The position numbers were made by a program, and so were the translations under genes. Below the pieces are notes generated by a model, which saw only the letters and a program-made list of their open reading frames with translations, had not been told where the DNA came from and searched no databases. This document shows positions 48,783 to 58,762 of a stretch of DNA of 64,000 nt, in pieces. Position 1 is the stretch's first letter. Every line of letters begins with the position of its first letter. The stretch comes from Candidatus Thorarchaeota archaeon SMTZ1-45 (GTDB taxonomy: Archaea; Asgardarchaeota; Thorarchaeia; Thorarchaeales; Thorarchaeaceae). The stretch covers positions 23,225-87,224 of the forward strand of contig LRSL01000076.1 of the NCBI GenBank assembly GCA_001563335.1. The letters are read 5' to 3'.

Positions 48783-49670
48783 CTAAAGTGATTTTCTCAA
48801 GAGTAATAACTTCCTACATGAAGAGATATCACATCTTCTTTCAAGTTCTTGAATGAGCTCAAGTTGCCCTTTTCCGATCAGTGGAAGTTCAATTTGATTG
48901 ACATCTCTCCCACTAGCTTGGACAATAAGACTGTCTGCTATTTCCCTCCAGCTTATTGAATCTGGATCTATCAAAAGCGGTGTGACACATAGTGAATTTG
49001 ACAAATTCCAAAAACCTGCAACAGCCTTAATCCTTTCTTCATCGAATATATTCACTAAGCAATTCCTATATGCAGCAAAATCACGAGTAAGCCATACTAT
49101 CGAATTGACCAATCCCATTTGTCTACTCTGGTTCCAAATCAGTTCTCTTACCTGTTCTTCATTTTCTACATTGACCCATTGGACTGATTTCTCCCTCACT
49201 CCTTCTCTTATTGTGAATGAATAATGTTCAAGGTGTTCATTCTCTGAAAATCCTATGCGTCTGATAATATCAGTGACCCATGAATCTAATTCAAGACTCA
49301 GTGGAAAACCAAGTGTGTTCTTTTTGGTTTCTAGCGACACCAGTGCATCTACATCACGTATGGCGACTGTTTTAAAGAATGGCAGGGATGACTTGACAAT
49401 CTGATAGCCTGATGACTCTCTGAATTCCTTGAATACAGCAACTGATGCTAACACCATAGCTAGTCTAGTTCTATCTCTGTATATTGATGTTCCACCAATG
49501 ATTTTGTTTTCAATGGATGATGCAAATGAAATACTCTCAGGGAGTTGTAAGAACGCATTTGCCAAAGATCGGTCCACATAGCCTGAAGGACTTGTTTCAT
49601 TCAGAAGGTTCAACCAAGTGTCTAATTCATTCTTGGCTAATCTTCCGTTGAACATAACTGGTCTAGCCAT
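48783..49670 (-). CDS. Hypothetical protein, possible tandem GNAT-like fold
   Basis: IIGG..LASVAVFKEFR pattern resembles GNAT motif A, but weakly. Confidence 0.5.
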   Translation of the reverse strand: MARPVMFNGRLAKNELDTWLNLLNETSPSGYVDRSLANAFLQLPESISFASSIENKIIGGTSIYRDRTRLAMVLASVAVFKEFRESSGYQIVKSSLPFFKTVAIRDVDALVSLETKKNTLGFPLSLELDSWVTDIIRRIGFSENEHLEHYSFTIREGVREKSVQWVNVENEEQVRELIWNQSRQMGLVNSIVWLTRDFAAYRNCLVNIFDEERIKAVAGFWNLSNSLCVTPLLIDPDSISWREIADSLIVQASGRDVNQIELPLIGKGQLELIQELERRCDISSCRKLLLLRKSL

Positions 49671-49793
49671 CCACTTCCCTCATAGATATCGATTGCATCT
49701 TTCCAAGATTGTGTTCAATGTGAAGCTCATAAGTAGTATGTATCAGACATCGAAGGGTTTATTCACACTCAAGAGTTTAGCTCGAAGTCGAAA

Positions 49794-50783
49794 ATGCAGT
49801 CTCTAGTACTTACTGCAGATGGTCTCCAAATTGCAGACACGCCAATTCCTCCTCTCATGCCAGGTGATGTTCGAATAGAGGTCCGTTCAGTAGGCATCTG
49901 TGGAACAGATCTCGCAATCTGGAAGGGTGATTATGATGTACCTCTCCCAATAATTCTTGGACACGAGATAGCTGGCGCTGTTCATGAGAGTTCGGTGCCA
50001 GAGCTAAGTCCTGGAACTACTGTAACAACTGAGATAGATGTCTCATGTGGAAGATGTTGGTATTGCAGGAGTGGAAATCGTCAACATTGTGCAGAGAAGG
50101 AGGTACTTGGGATTACAAGAGATGGAGGTCTTTCAGAGTATCTCAGTGTTCCTGCTGATCTTGTTCATCCTCTTCCTGCAGGTGTTGATGTAGCGTCTGG
50201 TACTTTTGTTGAGCCACTTGCATCTGCTATAAAGACTGTTTCAGATAGTCCCGCTGATGTAAGCGAGCCTGTAGTCATCTTCGGAAGTGGAAAGATAGCT
50301 CTTCTCCTTGCACAGGTATATGATGCAAGCGGAGCGGATGTATTAATTGTTGGAAGAAATCGTTGGCAATTGGGACTCGCACGTCAATTGGGATTAATGA
50401 ACACAATGGATGTCAATAGCGAAGATTGGAAGAAGAAGATAATGGGAGCTACTCATGGTGTAGGTCCCAGAATTGTGGTTGAAGCCACCGGAAATACAGA
50501 TGGCATTCGAATGGCATTTGAGGTTGTTCGAAATGGTGGTATTGTTAATTTGAAGAGCATGCATGGTATTGATTTTCCATTTGATCCAACCGCAATTGTG
50601 AACAAGGAACTCACTATTTACGGAGCAAGTAGAGGCCCCTATGATAAAGCTCTTGAGATGCTTCAGAAAGGTCGAATTGAGGTGAAACGTCTGGTTTCAA
50701 AGACTTTTCGATTGGAAGAAGGCTCTAAGGCTTTTGAATATGCTAATCAACCGTCAGTGACTAAAGTTATAATAAATATCTGA
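49794..50783 (+). CDS. Zinc-dependent medium-chain alcohol dehydrogenase (TDH/SDH-like)
   Basis: GICGTD, GHE, CGRCWYC...HC structural Zn, VEPLA, GSGKIA. Confidence 0.93.
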   Translation: MQSLVLTADGLQIADTPIPPLMPGDVRIEVRSVGICGTDLAIWKGDYDVPLPIILGHEIAGAVHESSVPELSPGTTVTTEIDVSCGRCWYCRSGNRQHCAEKEVLGITRDGGLSEYLSVPADLVHPLPAGVDVASGTFVEPLASAIKTVSDSPADVSEPVVIFGSGKIALLLAQVYDASGADVLIVGRNRWQLGLARQLGLMNTMDVNSEDWKKKIMGATHGVGPRIVVEATGNTDGIRMAFEVVRNGGIVNLKSMHGIDFPFDPTAIVNKELTIYGASRGPYDKALEMLQKGRIEVKRLVSKTFRLEEGSKAFEYANQPSVTKVIINI

Positions 50784-50794
50784 GGGTTCCGTGA

Positions 50795-52072
50795 ATGCTT
50801 CAATTTGATACGGATCTGCATATTCATTCGAGGCATTCCATTGGCGTAAGCAAAGACATGACAATTCCAATGCTTGCTCGAGGTGCCAGACAAAAAGGTC
50901 TTCACATAATAGGAACTGGTGATGTAACACAACCCGACTGGTTGCGTCATCTTAGAAAGAGTCTCACTCTGAAAGACAACACCCTAATATTCGACTCAGT
51001 TTCATTCATTCCCACTACAGAGATTGAAGATAATGATTCAATTCATCATGTAGTTCTTTTACCTAATTTTGAATCAGTAGAAGAGCTAAGAAAATGTTTG
51101 AAACCGTATTCACCTAATATAGATGATAAATGGGGTGGACGTCCACGTGTAAACATCAATGGGGAACTACTTGCAGGGCTGGTTCGAGACGTGGGTGGGA
51201 TGATTGGACCCGCCCATGCTTTTACTCCATTCAAATCCATTTTTCGAGAGAATAAATATTCAAGCATGAATTTATGCTATGGTAAGGAAACTCCCCATAT
51301 ACATTTCTTGGAGCTAGGACTATCCGCTGATTCGGAAACTGCAGACTTCATCCCTGATCTTAGACGACTCACATTCATAACCTCCAGCGATGCACATTCA
51401 CCCTCTCCCGACAAACTTGGAAGAGAGTTTGTACGTTTTAAGATGGATTTTCCAACATTTGAAGAACTCAAACTAGCGATTACACGTAAAAAAGGAAGAA
51501 CGCCTATACTCAATGTAGGTCTTGATCCAAGACTTGGAAAATACTTCCTCTCGTTCTGTTCAAATTGCAGAAGGACTTTGGTTCTTCAAACTGGAAATGA
51601 GCCCCCAAGTTATGATAATTTGAACATCTACATGAATTGTAGGAATATATTGGAAAAGAAACGCCTCATAGATGACATACATAAGCGAAAGGTAAAGTGT
51701 CCTGCTGATGGCAAAAACCTCAGGCTTGGTGTTAGAGATCGTGCTGCTGCAATTGGTGATGGGGAGGTCAAGACACCAACTCATCGACCACCATACTTGC
51801 ATATTGCTCCACTCCTAGATATCATTGCTCTCTCACTCGAAGTAAAATCATCCAAATCGAAACAGGTTATGTCGCTATACAATAGAATGTGTGAGAAATT
51901 TGGACCTGAAACACTCATCCTAACTAATTCACCAATTGATGAAATTAAAGCCCTAAATGAACGAGCTGCTCAAATGATACATGCATATCGGAATAGAACT
52001 ATTGGTTATGTAGCTGGGGGTGGTGGTAGATATGGGAAACTCATTCCTCCATGGGAGAGTGATATGAAATAA
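50795..52072 (+). CDS. Endonuclease Q (TIGR00375, PHP domain)
   Basis: DLHIHS, GTGD, PAHAFTP, ELGLSAD, SDAHS, LGRE, GKY, Zn site CSNC...CPAD, GGGGRYG. Confidence 0.88.
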   Translation: MLQFDTDLHIHSRHSIGVSKDMTIPMLARGARQKGLHIIGTGDVTQPDWLRHLRKSLTLKDNTLIFDSVSFIPTTEIEDNDSIHHVVLLPNFESVEELRKCLKPYSPNIDDKWGGRPRVNINGELLAGLVRDVGGMIGPAHAFTPFKSIFRENKYSSMNLCYGKETPHIHFLELGLSADSETADFIPDLRRLTFITSSDAHSPSPDKLGREFVRFKMDFPTFEELKLAITRKKGRTPILNVGLDPRLGKYFLSFCSNCRRTLVLQTGNEPPSYDNLNIYMNCRNILEKKRLIDDIHKRKVKCPADGKNLRLGVRDRAAAIGDGEVKTPTHRPPYLHIAPLLDIIALSLEVKSSKSKQVMSLYNRMCEKFGPETLILTNSPIDEIKALNERAAQMIHAYRNRTIGYVAGGGGRYGKLIPPWESDMK

Positions 52073-52374
52073 CAGTTGTAAAGGGTATCATTCGCGAGAT
52101 TGGAAAGAGTCGGACAACCCAAGTGTCAGCTCGTCGCTGGTATGGAACAACAGACATCGTTGTTCAAGATGAGGAAACTGGCAAGACGTATAGTATTCGC
52201 CTCTCTGCAAATATAATGGATAGATGTAGATTTCTTCCCCGTGTAGGAATGAAGGTCATTCTTCATGGGTATGTCGAAGAAGCAGATTACGGTCTCTCTG
52301 ATTTTGTAGTATCGAGAGTCACTGATATTAAACACGAAGGTGCAGGTTTGAAAAGAGTTCACAAGCTAGATTAA
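52069..52374 (+). CDS. Small OB-fold protein (start uncertain; ORF track start 52123)
   Basis: In-frame upstream extension ITVVKGIIREIG supplies the OB beta-1 strand; later VGMKVILHGYV matches OB beta-4. Confidence 0.6.
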   Translation: MTVVKGIIREIGKSRTTQVSARRWYGTTDIVVQDEETGKTYSIRLSANIMDRCRFLPRVGMKVILHGYVEEADYGLSDFVVSRVTDIKHEGAGLKRVHKLD

Positions 52375-52376
52375 CC

Positions 52377-52676
52377 TCACTTTCTAGGTCTAATGATAAA
52401 TGCTGGTGCGAGAATCCATTGAGACTTGCATTTGGGACATTTGCCGGGAGCTTTTGCAGACTTTCTAACCTTGAAAATAAACTGACATCTTCCACAACTT
52501 GCGGGACGAACTAAAAGTTCCTTCGCTTCTCTTTTCACGGATTTTGAGATGTGGTCGATATCATCGTACACAATCGATCTCTTTTCTATATCAAGTAGTT
52601 GACATATCTCCTCTGCTGTTAATGGATATTCAGTTCTTTCTAGGAGCTCTGCAATTCTCTCTCTTCTCGTCAGCAT
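52377..52676 (-). CDS. Archaeal HTH plus Zn-ribbon transcriptional regulator (COG3357-like)
   Basis: TRRERIAELL...VYDDIDHISKS...PASCGRCQF...PGKCPKCKSQWI. Confidence 0.88.
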   Translation of the reverse strand: MLTRRERIAELLERTEYPLTAEEICQLLDIEKRSIVYDDIDHISKSVKREAKELLVRPASCGRCQFIFKVRKSAKAPGKCPKCKSQWILAPAFIIRPRK

Positions 52677-52796
52677 ATTAACTCACTATGATTGTGTTTG
52701 AGAAAAATATTCTGTACTGTACAGTATTTTGAACACTCTGTACAAAACGTAGAGTCTTATTCAAATTCTCATAGTCATTTCTTGCAGGTATTAAGA

Positions 52797-53057
52797 ATGA
52801 GAAACTACGATACTGGTTTATCAGGTAAGGTACTTGCTTCAGTACTAGCAGCTGTTGTCATAACTGCTGGAGTTCTGGCTGTAGCATTGTATTTTCCTGA
52901 TGACGGAGGCTCCACTCCCCTAGGTCCTTCGACTCTTGGTGCAAGAACTGCAGCTTTCCTCAACTCGATGCGAGATAATGTGGAGTTTTATTTCATGTGC
53001 AATTCAACACTGTTCAGTGCAATGCTAATTGTCTACCTTATTGTTTTTGCTTCTTGA
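52797..53057 (+). pseudogene. Probable truncated exported protein
   Basis: N-terminal TM/signal (LASVLAAVVITAGVLAVAL), short linker and start of a domain, then an abrupt switch to an atypical tail and stop. Confidence 0.35.
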
Positions 53058-53235
53058 CCATTATCCGGTGGTGATATCATGTTCATATCAATGAGTGTTA
53101 TTGTGATTCTATTATCTTTAAATGAAACAAGGCGGATTTGGCAATTGAAACCATTCTAATATCTCGGCAATAATGAGAGGAAAGTATAGGTCTAAATGAG
53201 CTGTAGTATAACATACTGATAAGAAGAAACCAGAA

Positions 53236-54513
53236 TTGGATGCCATAGACTTGGAACAGATGAAACTAGAATCCCAGCCAAAATCGACACAGACATTGTC
53301 ATATAATGATAGAGTCTGCTCCAAATGCATGGGTCATAGAGCTCTCTGTGGCATCAAACCTTGTCCAATTCTGATGAGAGCAAAAGCCCAAGCACAAATT
53401 GATGAAGCTTTCATAGGAATGGATTTGACAGGATCATCTCCCCCATCTGTCTTTGTGGGAGAGAGTGGTTATCCAAAAGTACTGGCTGGTCCATTTGTTC
53501 CACCTCTCAGGTCTGCGGAAGCAATGTATATGGAACGCCCTGACCACTGGTTGACAAAATCGATTGATGAGATTCTAGCACTCAGGTTTAGTCTAGTTCG
53601 AACAAAGAAGTATATACCAGTAACTGCAGCTCAAGATCCCACAAGAGAATTGGCTGAAACTCAAACATTAGCACTTTCTGAATCACCAATATTATCAGAA
53701 GCAACTCTGCTCAAGAGGCCTCAATTCACATCTGTCTTTTCGGATGTTACCCTACCAATAGGACCTTCAGCTCCTCTTCGAACCTTCAAAATTGAAGAGA
53801 ATCCAAAAGTCCCTAAAGTGATTGATAGAGTTGCATCTGATACTGATCTCAAAGCTGAGATTGGTATAAGGGATCTTTTTGATGGTGGAATCAGGCTAGA
53901 ACATATCACACGGCTTCTTTCAGTAGGAACAATAGGCCAGAAGAAGAAACGAAGGCTAGTCCCAACTAAATGGAGCATTACTGCAACAGATGATATCATT
54001 GGTAAACAGCTCCATAAGGAAGTCTTTAGATATCCTTGGATCAATGATTTTAGGGTGAGCGTGGACCATGCACTCGGGAACACTGTTGCACTTCTCTTTC
54101 TACCATGTGGTTGGCAGTTTGAAGCCATGGAATCTTGGTTAGGAGGTTTCAACCCTCCAATAATCACCGATTATGAATGGTTCAAAGGTCGAAAAGACTA
54201 CGCAAAGGATGTCGTTGGAGCATACTATGCAACTAGACTTCCTGCACTCGAGTACTTAGCCAATATTCGAAGGCAAGCTGGTGTCATTGTATTCATGGAG
54301 ATTGATCCCCAACAGTGGGTGCCACTAGGTGTATGGAGATTCAGAGAAATTGCCAAAAGAGCGTTGGAAACGAGTGTTAAAAGTTTCAGCACCTTGGATG
54401 AAGCATTGACTAAGATAGCTCCCCATTTCAGAATACCAATGCATCGATGGCTAGAAACAAGCAAGATATATCCTGTATTCATGAATCAAACAAAAGTCAC
54501 AGATTTCTGGTAA
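53236..54513 (+). CDS. nreA: Nre family DNA repair protein
   Basis: N-terminal CSKC...LCG..PCP, GSSPPSVFVG..GYPKV, RRLVPTKWSITA, GAYYA, PLGVW, C-terminal PIP box QTKVTDFW. Confidence 0.92.
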   Translation: MDAIDLEQMKLESQPKSTQTLSYNDRVCSKCMGHRALCGIKPCPILMRAKAQAQIDEAFIGMDLTGSSPPSVFVGESGYPKVLAGPFVPPLRSAEAMYMERPDHWLTKSIDEILALRFSLVRTKKYIPVTAAQDPTRELAETQTLALSESPILSEATLLKRPQFTSVFSDVTLPIGPSAPLRTFKIEENPKVPKVIDRVASDTDLKAEIGIRDLFDGGIRLEHITRLLSVGTIGQKKKRRLVPTKWSITATDDIIGKQLHKEVFRYPWINDFRVSVDHALGNTVALLFLPCGWQFEAMESWLGGFNPPIITDYEWFKGRKDYAKDVVGAYYATRLPALEYLANIRRQAGVIVFMEIDPQQWVPLGVWRFREIAKRALETSVKSFSTLDEALTKIAPHFRIPMHRWLETSKIYPVFMNQTKVTDFW

Positions 54514-54571
54514 ATTCATCCAATGAATCTATCATACATTTCTCTTTTAATACAAACTTCAAAGGTATCTT

Positions 54572-55954
54572 ATGGAGAGTTTCTACAAAATGCGCGCTAT
54601 GAAAATTAAAATCATGACCCTTTGGGTTGTGATACTTCTAGCAATGCCATTCGTTCTAATTCCCAACGCCAGTGCTTGGACTGCAGGTGATGAAGCTGCA
54701 GTGTTTGGCCACACCTTTGAGGAAGAGTACTGGACAAATGACTCAATTAGAGTCGAAGGTGAAAGTGGAACGAATGCTAGTCTAACAGCTTCTTTTGTTC
54801 ATGTTGGTGAGTTCTCATCATTCTTGATTGCTTTCAACAATATGAACACGACAGATGGGGAAAATGTCACTGAGATGATTTTGCCCTATCAATTGTTTGG
54901 AATGTATTTCAAGACGCCACAAAATAGGGAGGTCTTCATTGGTGCAATTTTTGCATTTCTACTTGCGCACAATGAAACCTATGGTAGTAATAACCTTCCA
55001 GATGTTGGGAACGAACCAGCTTGGTATGTTATCCCTCTAGCATCAGATAATACTTGGCCTGAATATACACCAGCTGTTGAACCAATACCCGCTACCAAAA
55101 TCAGCGACACTCAATACCGATTTGGTATGAGATACCACAATCTGACATGCAGAGTAGTTGATGCAAATAACCCACTTGGATTCTGGTTATCATTGGCTAT
55201 ACCAATACTGCAAGTAGTGATCAGTGAACTAGTGATTCAATATGATATAACGATTGATGAAACTGGTCAAGTACATGCTGAAACCTTGTACACGATTGGT
55301 CAAGTCAAAGAACTCAGACTTTGGGGTGTTGATCATGCCCCTGCAGACATAATCGTTGATTCCATGGAGATATCAGCAGTTCATTATCTTTCTGTGTTCA
55401 CATCACAATATACCGTAGCTACAGAAGCAGGAGTGGAACTGACTCCACCAACTGCTACTACTCCGTTAGATGAAGACATCAGTATCCGGGTAGGTAATAA
55501 TAACGAACGTGCCTTTGACATCGGTTTAGGACGCGAATATTCCCTCATCAACGAAACAACTGATCCATGGACGACTGTTTCAACTGATGAAACAGCACTC
55601 AACACACTACTTGGAGTTCGATTGAGTGACCTTATCCTGGTAGCTTGGCAAGCTCCATTCTCTGCTTGGCTATTCGCACACATGGCGTATGGTCTATCTG
55701 CACAGCTCAGATCAGTCTATGCGACAGTAGGTAGTATGGTGGCGAATGTTGCAGCAGGGTCGGTGTTTCACAATAGCAACTGGTGGTATGGAGTCACCTT
55801 CCCAGAATGGGGCTCTCTTCGAATTGAGCAGGACCCAGTATATACTGCTTACACTAACTTGTTCGCTGAATCCCCAAGCGGTGCTGGTGTTCTCGTTATC
55901 ATCCTTGTTGTTGGTGTAATTGCTGTAGTATGGTTGCTCCGGCGCCGTCGTTAA
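54572..55954 (+). CDS. Secreted cell-surface protein with C-terminal TM anchor
   Basis: Signal peptide ending ASA, several N-x-S/T sequons, QDP near the end, TM helix plus RRRR. Confidence 0.75.
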   Translation: MESFYKMRAMKIKIMTLWVVILLAMPFVLIPNASAWTAGDEAAVFGHTFEEEYWTNDSIRVEGESGTNASLTASFVHVGEFSSFLIAFNNMNTTDGENVTEMILPYQLFGMYFKTPQNREVFIGAIFAFLLAHNETYGSNNLPDVGNEPAWYVIPLASDNTWPEYTPAVEPIPATKISDTQYRFGMRYHNLTCRVVDANNPLGFWLSLAIPILQVVISELVIQYDITIDETGQVHAETLYTIGQVKELRLWGVDHAPADIIVDSMEISAVHYLSVFTSQYTVATEAGVELTPPTATTPLDEDISIRVGNNNERAFDIGLGREYSLINETTDPWTTVSTDETALNTLLGVRLSDLILVAWQAPFSAWLFAHMAYGLSAQLRSVYATVGSMVANVAAGSVFHNSNWWYGVTFPEWGSLRIEQDPVYTAYTNLFAESPSGAGVLVIILVVGVIAVVWLLRRRR

Positions 55955-55969
55955 TTACCAAAAACAAAT

Positions 55970-55998
55970 CCCTGGATTCCAGGAATGGAACTCCAGGG
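55970..55998 (+). terminator. Hairpin followed by pyrimidine tract
   Basis: CCCTGGA-TTCCA-GGAA-TGGAA-C-TCCAGGG then CTTCTCTTTCTT. Confidence 0.5.
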
Positions 55999-56067
55999 CT
56001 TCTCTTTCTTCCAAACATCGGGTAATTTAAGAGAAGCATCGAAGAAATTGCTCTTGAGGACCTGACG

Positions 56068-57582
56068 TTGTTGTATGAAAAACTCTGTAGGTTCAGTGAA
56101 AGAATTGCAGGGCACACAAGTCGAACTACGAATAATAGAGAGCTTCAACGAGCAGTAAAGTTTCTTACCCCTATAATGGATGTTTCAGTCAGGGGCGTGA
56201 AAGCGGCTGCAAATCTCTTATCAGTCCTCATTCTTGTTTTCGTGGTCTTTCTACTCACTTTTCTTGAACTAGACCTCGTCATTATTGCACCTCTCGCAGG
56301 AATGGCTGGCGTAGTCACCTATTACATAATTGCTTCCTATCCCATATCTATGATGAATAGTTACAAACTTGGCCTCTCTGAAGAAGCTGATCTTGTTTTT
56401 GAACAGTTCATTCTCGTGTTCCAATCGGGAGGAACAATCTTTGATGCTATTGAGATGGTTGCTCAATCTGACCATCCCTACCTTTCAATGGCATTCAAAC
56501 AAATCATTGGTCGAATCAATGATGGAACTCCTCCTGAAACTTGTCTGATGGAATTTGCAAAGGATCAGCCCTCTGATGATCTCAGAAGATACTTTACTGC
56601 AATTGTATCCTCTCTGGAGAAAAAGACTGATCTGATTGATCACCTCTCTGGAGAGTCCTTTGAGGCTGATTTAGCTCTTCGTCAAAAGAACCTCGAGTTA
56701 GAAAGTAGGTTACTTATTGTTGCTGCACTCGTGACTTATGTCCCAATCATGTTCACGCTTACTGTTTCACTTACAGGATTTGCTACGAGCATGCTGATTT
56801 TACTCATGGCTCCGGTCTTCATTATCATGAATGCACTTCTAAAGAGTCGTTTCTCAAGGCAATTCTCTGCTTATTTTGACCGTCCACGCGAAACAGCAAT
56901 AATGGTTCCATCACAAAAAGAGATAATCTCAGAATATGATTCGTTTCTTAATTTCCTTATTTTGCTTGGGGAACGCTTGAGATCTGGTGATACGTTAGAA
57001 GTTTCATTGGATTCAATTCGTGCTGAATTGGATTACCCAGTACAGAAACTAGTTGATATAGCATTGGACTCTATATACCGTGAAGATGCAAGTATTGTGG
57101 ACGCAATGGCTCGTGCATCAGATGCAGCTTTGGGTCAAAGAGTTTCTCATATGCTGAACATGATAGCCATAATGTGTGAAACCTCAGCTCAAGCTGCTGG
57201 GGACAGAATATCCAGAATTGCTACGCGTCTCGTTAAAAGATCCGCTGTGGCTAAAGAAAGAGATTCAATCATCGCAGCTCAAAGGATGAAAGTATATTTG
57301 CTTACAATCACAAGTGCTGCTGTTTTGGGAATGCTTGCATCGCTATCCCCATTCCTCTCTATTAGTTCCCTTCTATCTGAGGGTCCAATTTGGACTCCAG
57401 GAAGTATAACTACTCTGGATATTCTTCCTTTACTAATCACTTTGGGTGTTACAACTCTCTCGACTGGTTATCAAAACACTCGAATGGTTAGCGGATCACG
57501 TCCAGTTGTCATAGGCATAGTTTGCGGGCTCCTTTTTTGGATATCTTTTGCTTTATCATCAACAATGATGGGTCTATTATGA
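56068..57582 (+). CDS. Type II secretion/type IV pilus platform (GspF/TadC/ArlJ-like) membrane protein
   Basis: Two T2SSF-like cytoplasmic helical units (QSGGTIFDAIEMVAQSDHPYLS..F..I; RSGDTLEVSL), each flanked by TM helices. Confidence 0.7.
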   Translation: MLYEKLCRFSERIAGHTSRTTNNRELQRAVKFLTPIMDVSVRGVKAAANLLSVLILVFVVFLLTFLELDLVIIAPLAGMAGVVTYYIIASYPISMMNSYKLGLSEEADLVFEQFILVFQSGGTIFDAIEMVAQSDHPYLSMAFKQIIGRINDGTPPETCLMEFAKDQPSDDLRRYFTAIVSSLEKKTDLIDHLSGESFEADLALRQKNLELESRLLIVAALVTYVPIMFTLTVSLTGFATSMLILLMAPVFIIMNALLKSRFSRQFSAYFDRPRETAIMVPSQKEIISEYDSFLNFLILLGERLRSGDTLEVSLDSIRAELDYPVQKLVDIALDSIYREDASIVDAMARASDAALGQRVSHMLNMIAIMCETSAQAAGDRISRIATRLVKRSAVAKERDSIIAAQRMKVYLLTITSAAVLGMLASLSPFLSISSLLSEGPIWTPGSITTLDILPLLITLGVTTLSTGYQNTRMVSGSRPVVIGIVCGLLFWISFALSSTMMGLL

Positions 57583-57643
57583 TGTAAGAATCATTTATTT
57601 GCCCAGATGCTTATTGCCGATATAGTTAGGATGAGGTGAAAAA

Positions 57644-58288
57644 ATGCTTCAAATCCCATTTTTAGATTGGACCCTTGCCGACATCATGTTGTTCTTCCAA
57701 GATGATTGGATTCTTGCCTGGACCCTCATTCTATCAGGAGGGCTCCTGGCTATCTGGCTCTTGGAAAACATAACAGACCCAATTCCGTTGTTGGGTACCA
57801 TCTTTGATGGACTTGTCGCCATAGGTACCTACATTGGTTTCTTTGTTGGAATCCTAGACATATTTGTAGGATATGTCGTGTGGACAGTGCAACCAGACGC
57901 AATCATTGTTGCTGGTATTCTTGTCCTCATGGGATTCTCACTAGTAATGAGAATACTATCGAAATTTCCGCTTGCCTTGGTCTTTGCCTTGGCAGTGGCT
58001 GTCTTTGGAACTGCAGTGATCTACGGATTCTTGGAACCATTGACAACAGTACCTGTCATTCAGGATGCTGCGATTTGGTTGACATCAGGCAAAGGTCTGA
58101 TAGTAATAGGATTCATCATCTTCTGCGTTGCATACGTTATTGGTGGGCTACTCATCAAACTAATCCAATTGATTGGGAAGATCTTTGCTTCAACCCCGGT
58201 AAGTGTACTTGTTGGACTTGCCGCAATTGCAGTTGGAGTGATAGTAATCCTCAATCCAGCACTAGTTGGACTAGTGGCTTGGCCATGA
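57644..58288 (+). CDS. Hypothetical multi-pass membrane protein
   Basis: About 6 TM helices, GAGGTGA ribosome-binding site upstream. Confidence 0.75.
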   Translation: MLQIPFLDWTLADIMLFFQDDWILAWTLILSGGLLAIWLLENITDPIPLLGTIFDGLVAIGTYIGFFVGILDIFVGYVVWTVQPDAIIVAGILVLMGFSLVMRILSKFPLALVFALAVAVFGTAVIYGFLEPLTTVPVIQDAAIWLTSGKGLIVIGFIIFCVAYVIGGLLIKLIQLIGKIFASTPVSVLVGLAAIAVGVIVILNPALVGLVAWP

Positions 58289-58292
58289 GTTC

Positions 58293-58337
58293 AGAGGGGT
58301 GTTTCACCCCTCTTCTCCTGTTTTTTTTGGGGGGAGA
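58293..58337. terminator. Double hairpin/T-tract between convergent genes
   Basis: AGAGGGGTG-TTT-CACCCCTCT, followed by TCTCCTG-T8-GGGGGAGA. Confidence 0.6.
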
Positions 58338-58604
58338 TCATTTTGGTTTTCTTATCTCTCGGAAATACAGGAACTTGAGGTCCCTGTCTGAGTAAAACTT
58401 CGCCGCGGCATCAATCGCTTTTTTGGCTTTGGCAATTCCATCGTACCATTCTGAAACGTAGAATTTCTTGTCAGTGTCATGCTGAGTATCAGTGAGAGTG
58501 AAACCTTCAGGCTGCTCAAATTCCTTCGGAACAAGTAATGCGACTCGAAACTGTGCTAGACCACCTTTGGATTCCAACCAGAGTTCACAGTATGTCATAT
58601 CCAA
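58338..58604 (-). CDS. Small hypothetical protein
   Basis: 88 aa ORF, protein-like composition. Confidence 0.6.
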   Translation of the reverse strand: MDMTYCELWLESKGGLAQFRVALLVPKEFEQPEGFTLTDTQHDTDKKFYVSEWYDGIAKAKKAIDAAAKFYSDRDLKFLYFREIRKPK

Positions 58605-58762
58605 TCCATTGAGAGCTGTATCTTATACCGATTAAGGTTTGCCTGTGGTAACATTCTTGTTCATGCTCGCCCAAAGTATTCAAATAGTAGGTTTGCATTA
58701 CTTCTAGTAGCGTATATTTGTTCATAGCAGAGAGAATCGGGACATGATGGGAGGCAACATGT

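Noticed and set aside
57880-58395. Cys/Trp-rich 171-aa alternative-frame ORF
   Set aside because: Off-frame reading of a Val/Leu/Gly-rich membrane gene, which has a strong RBS in the other frame.
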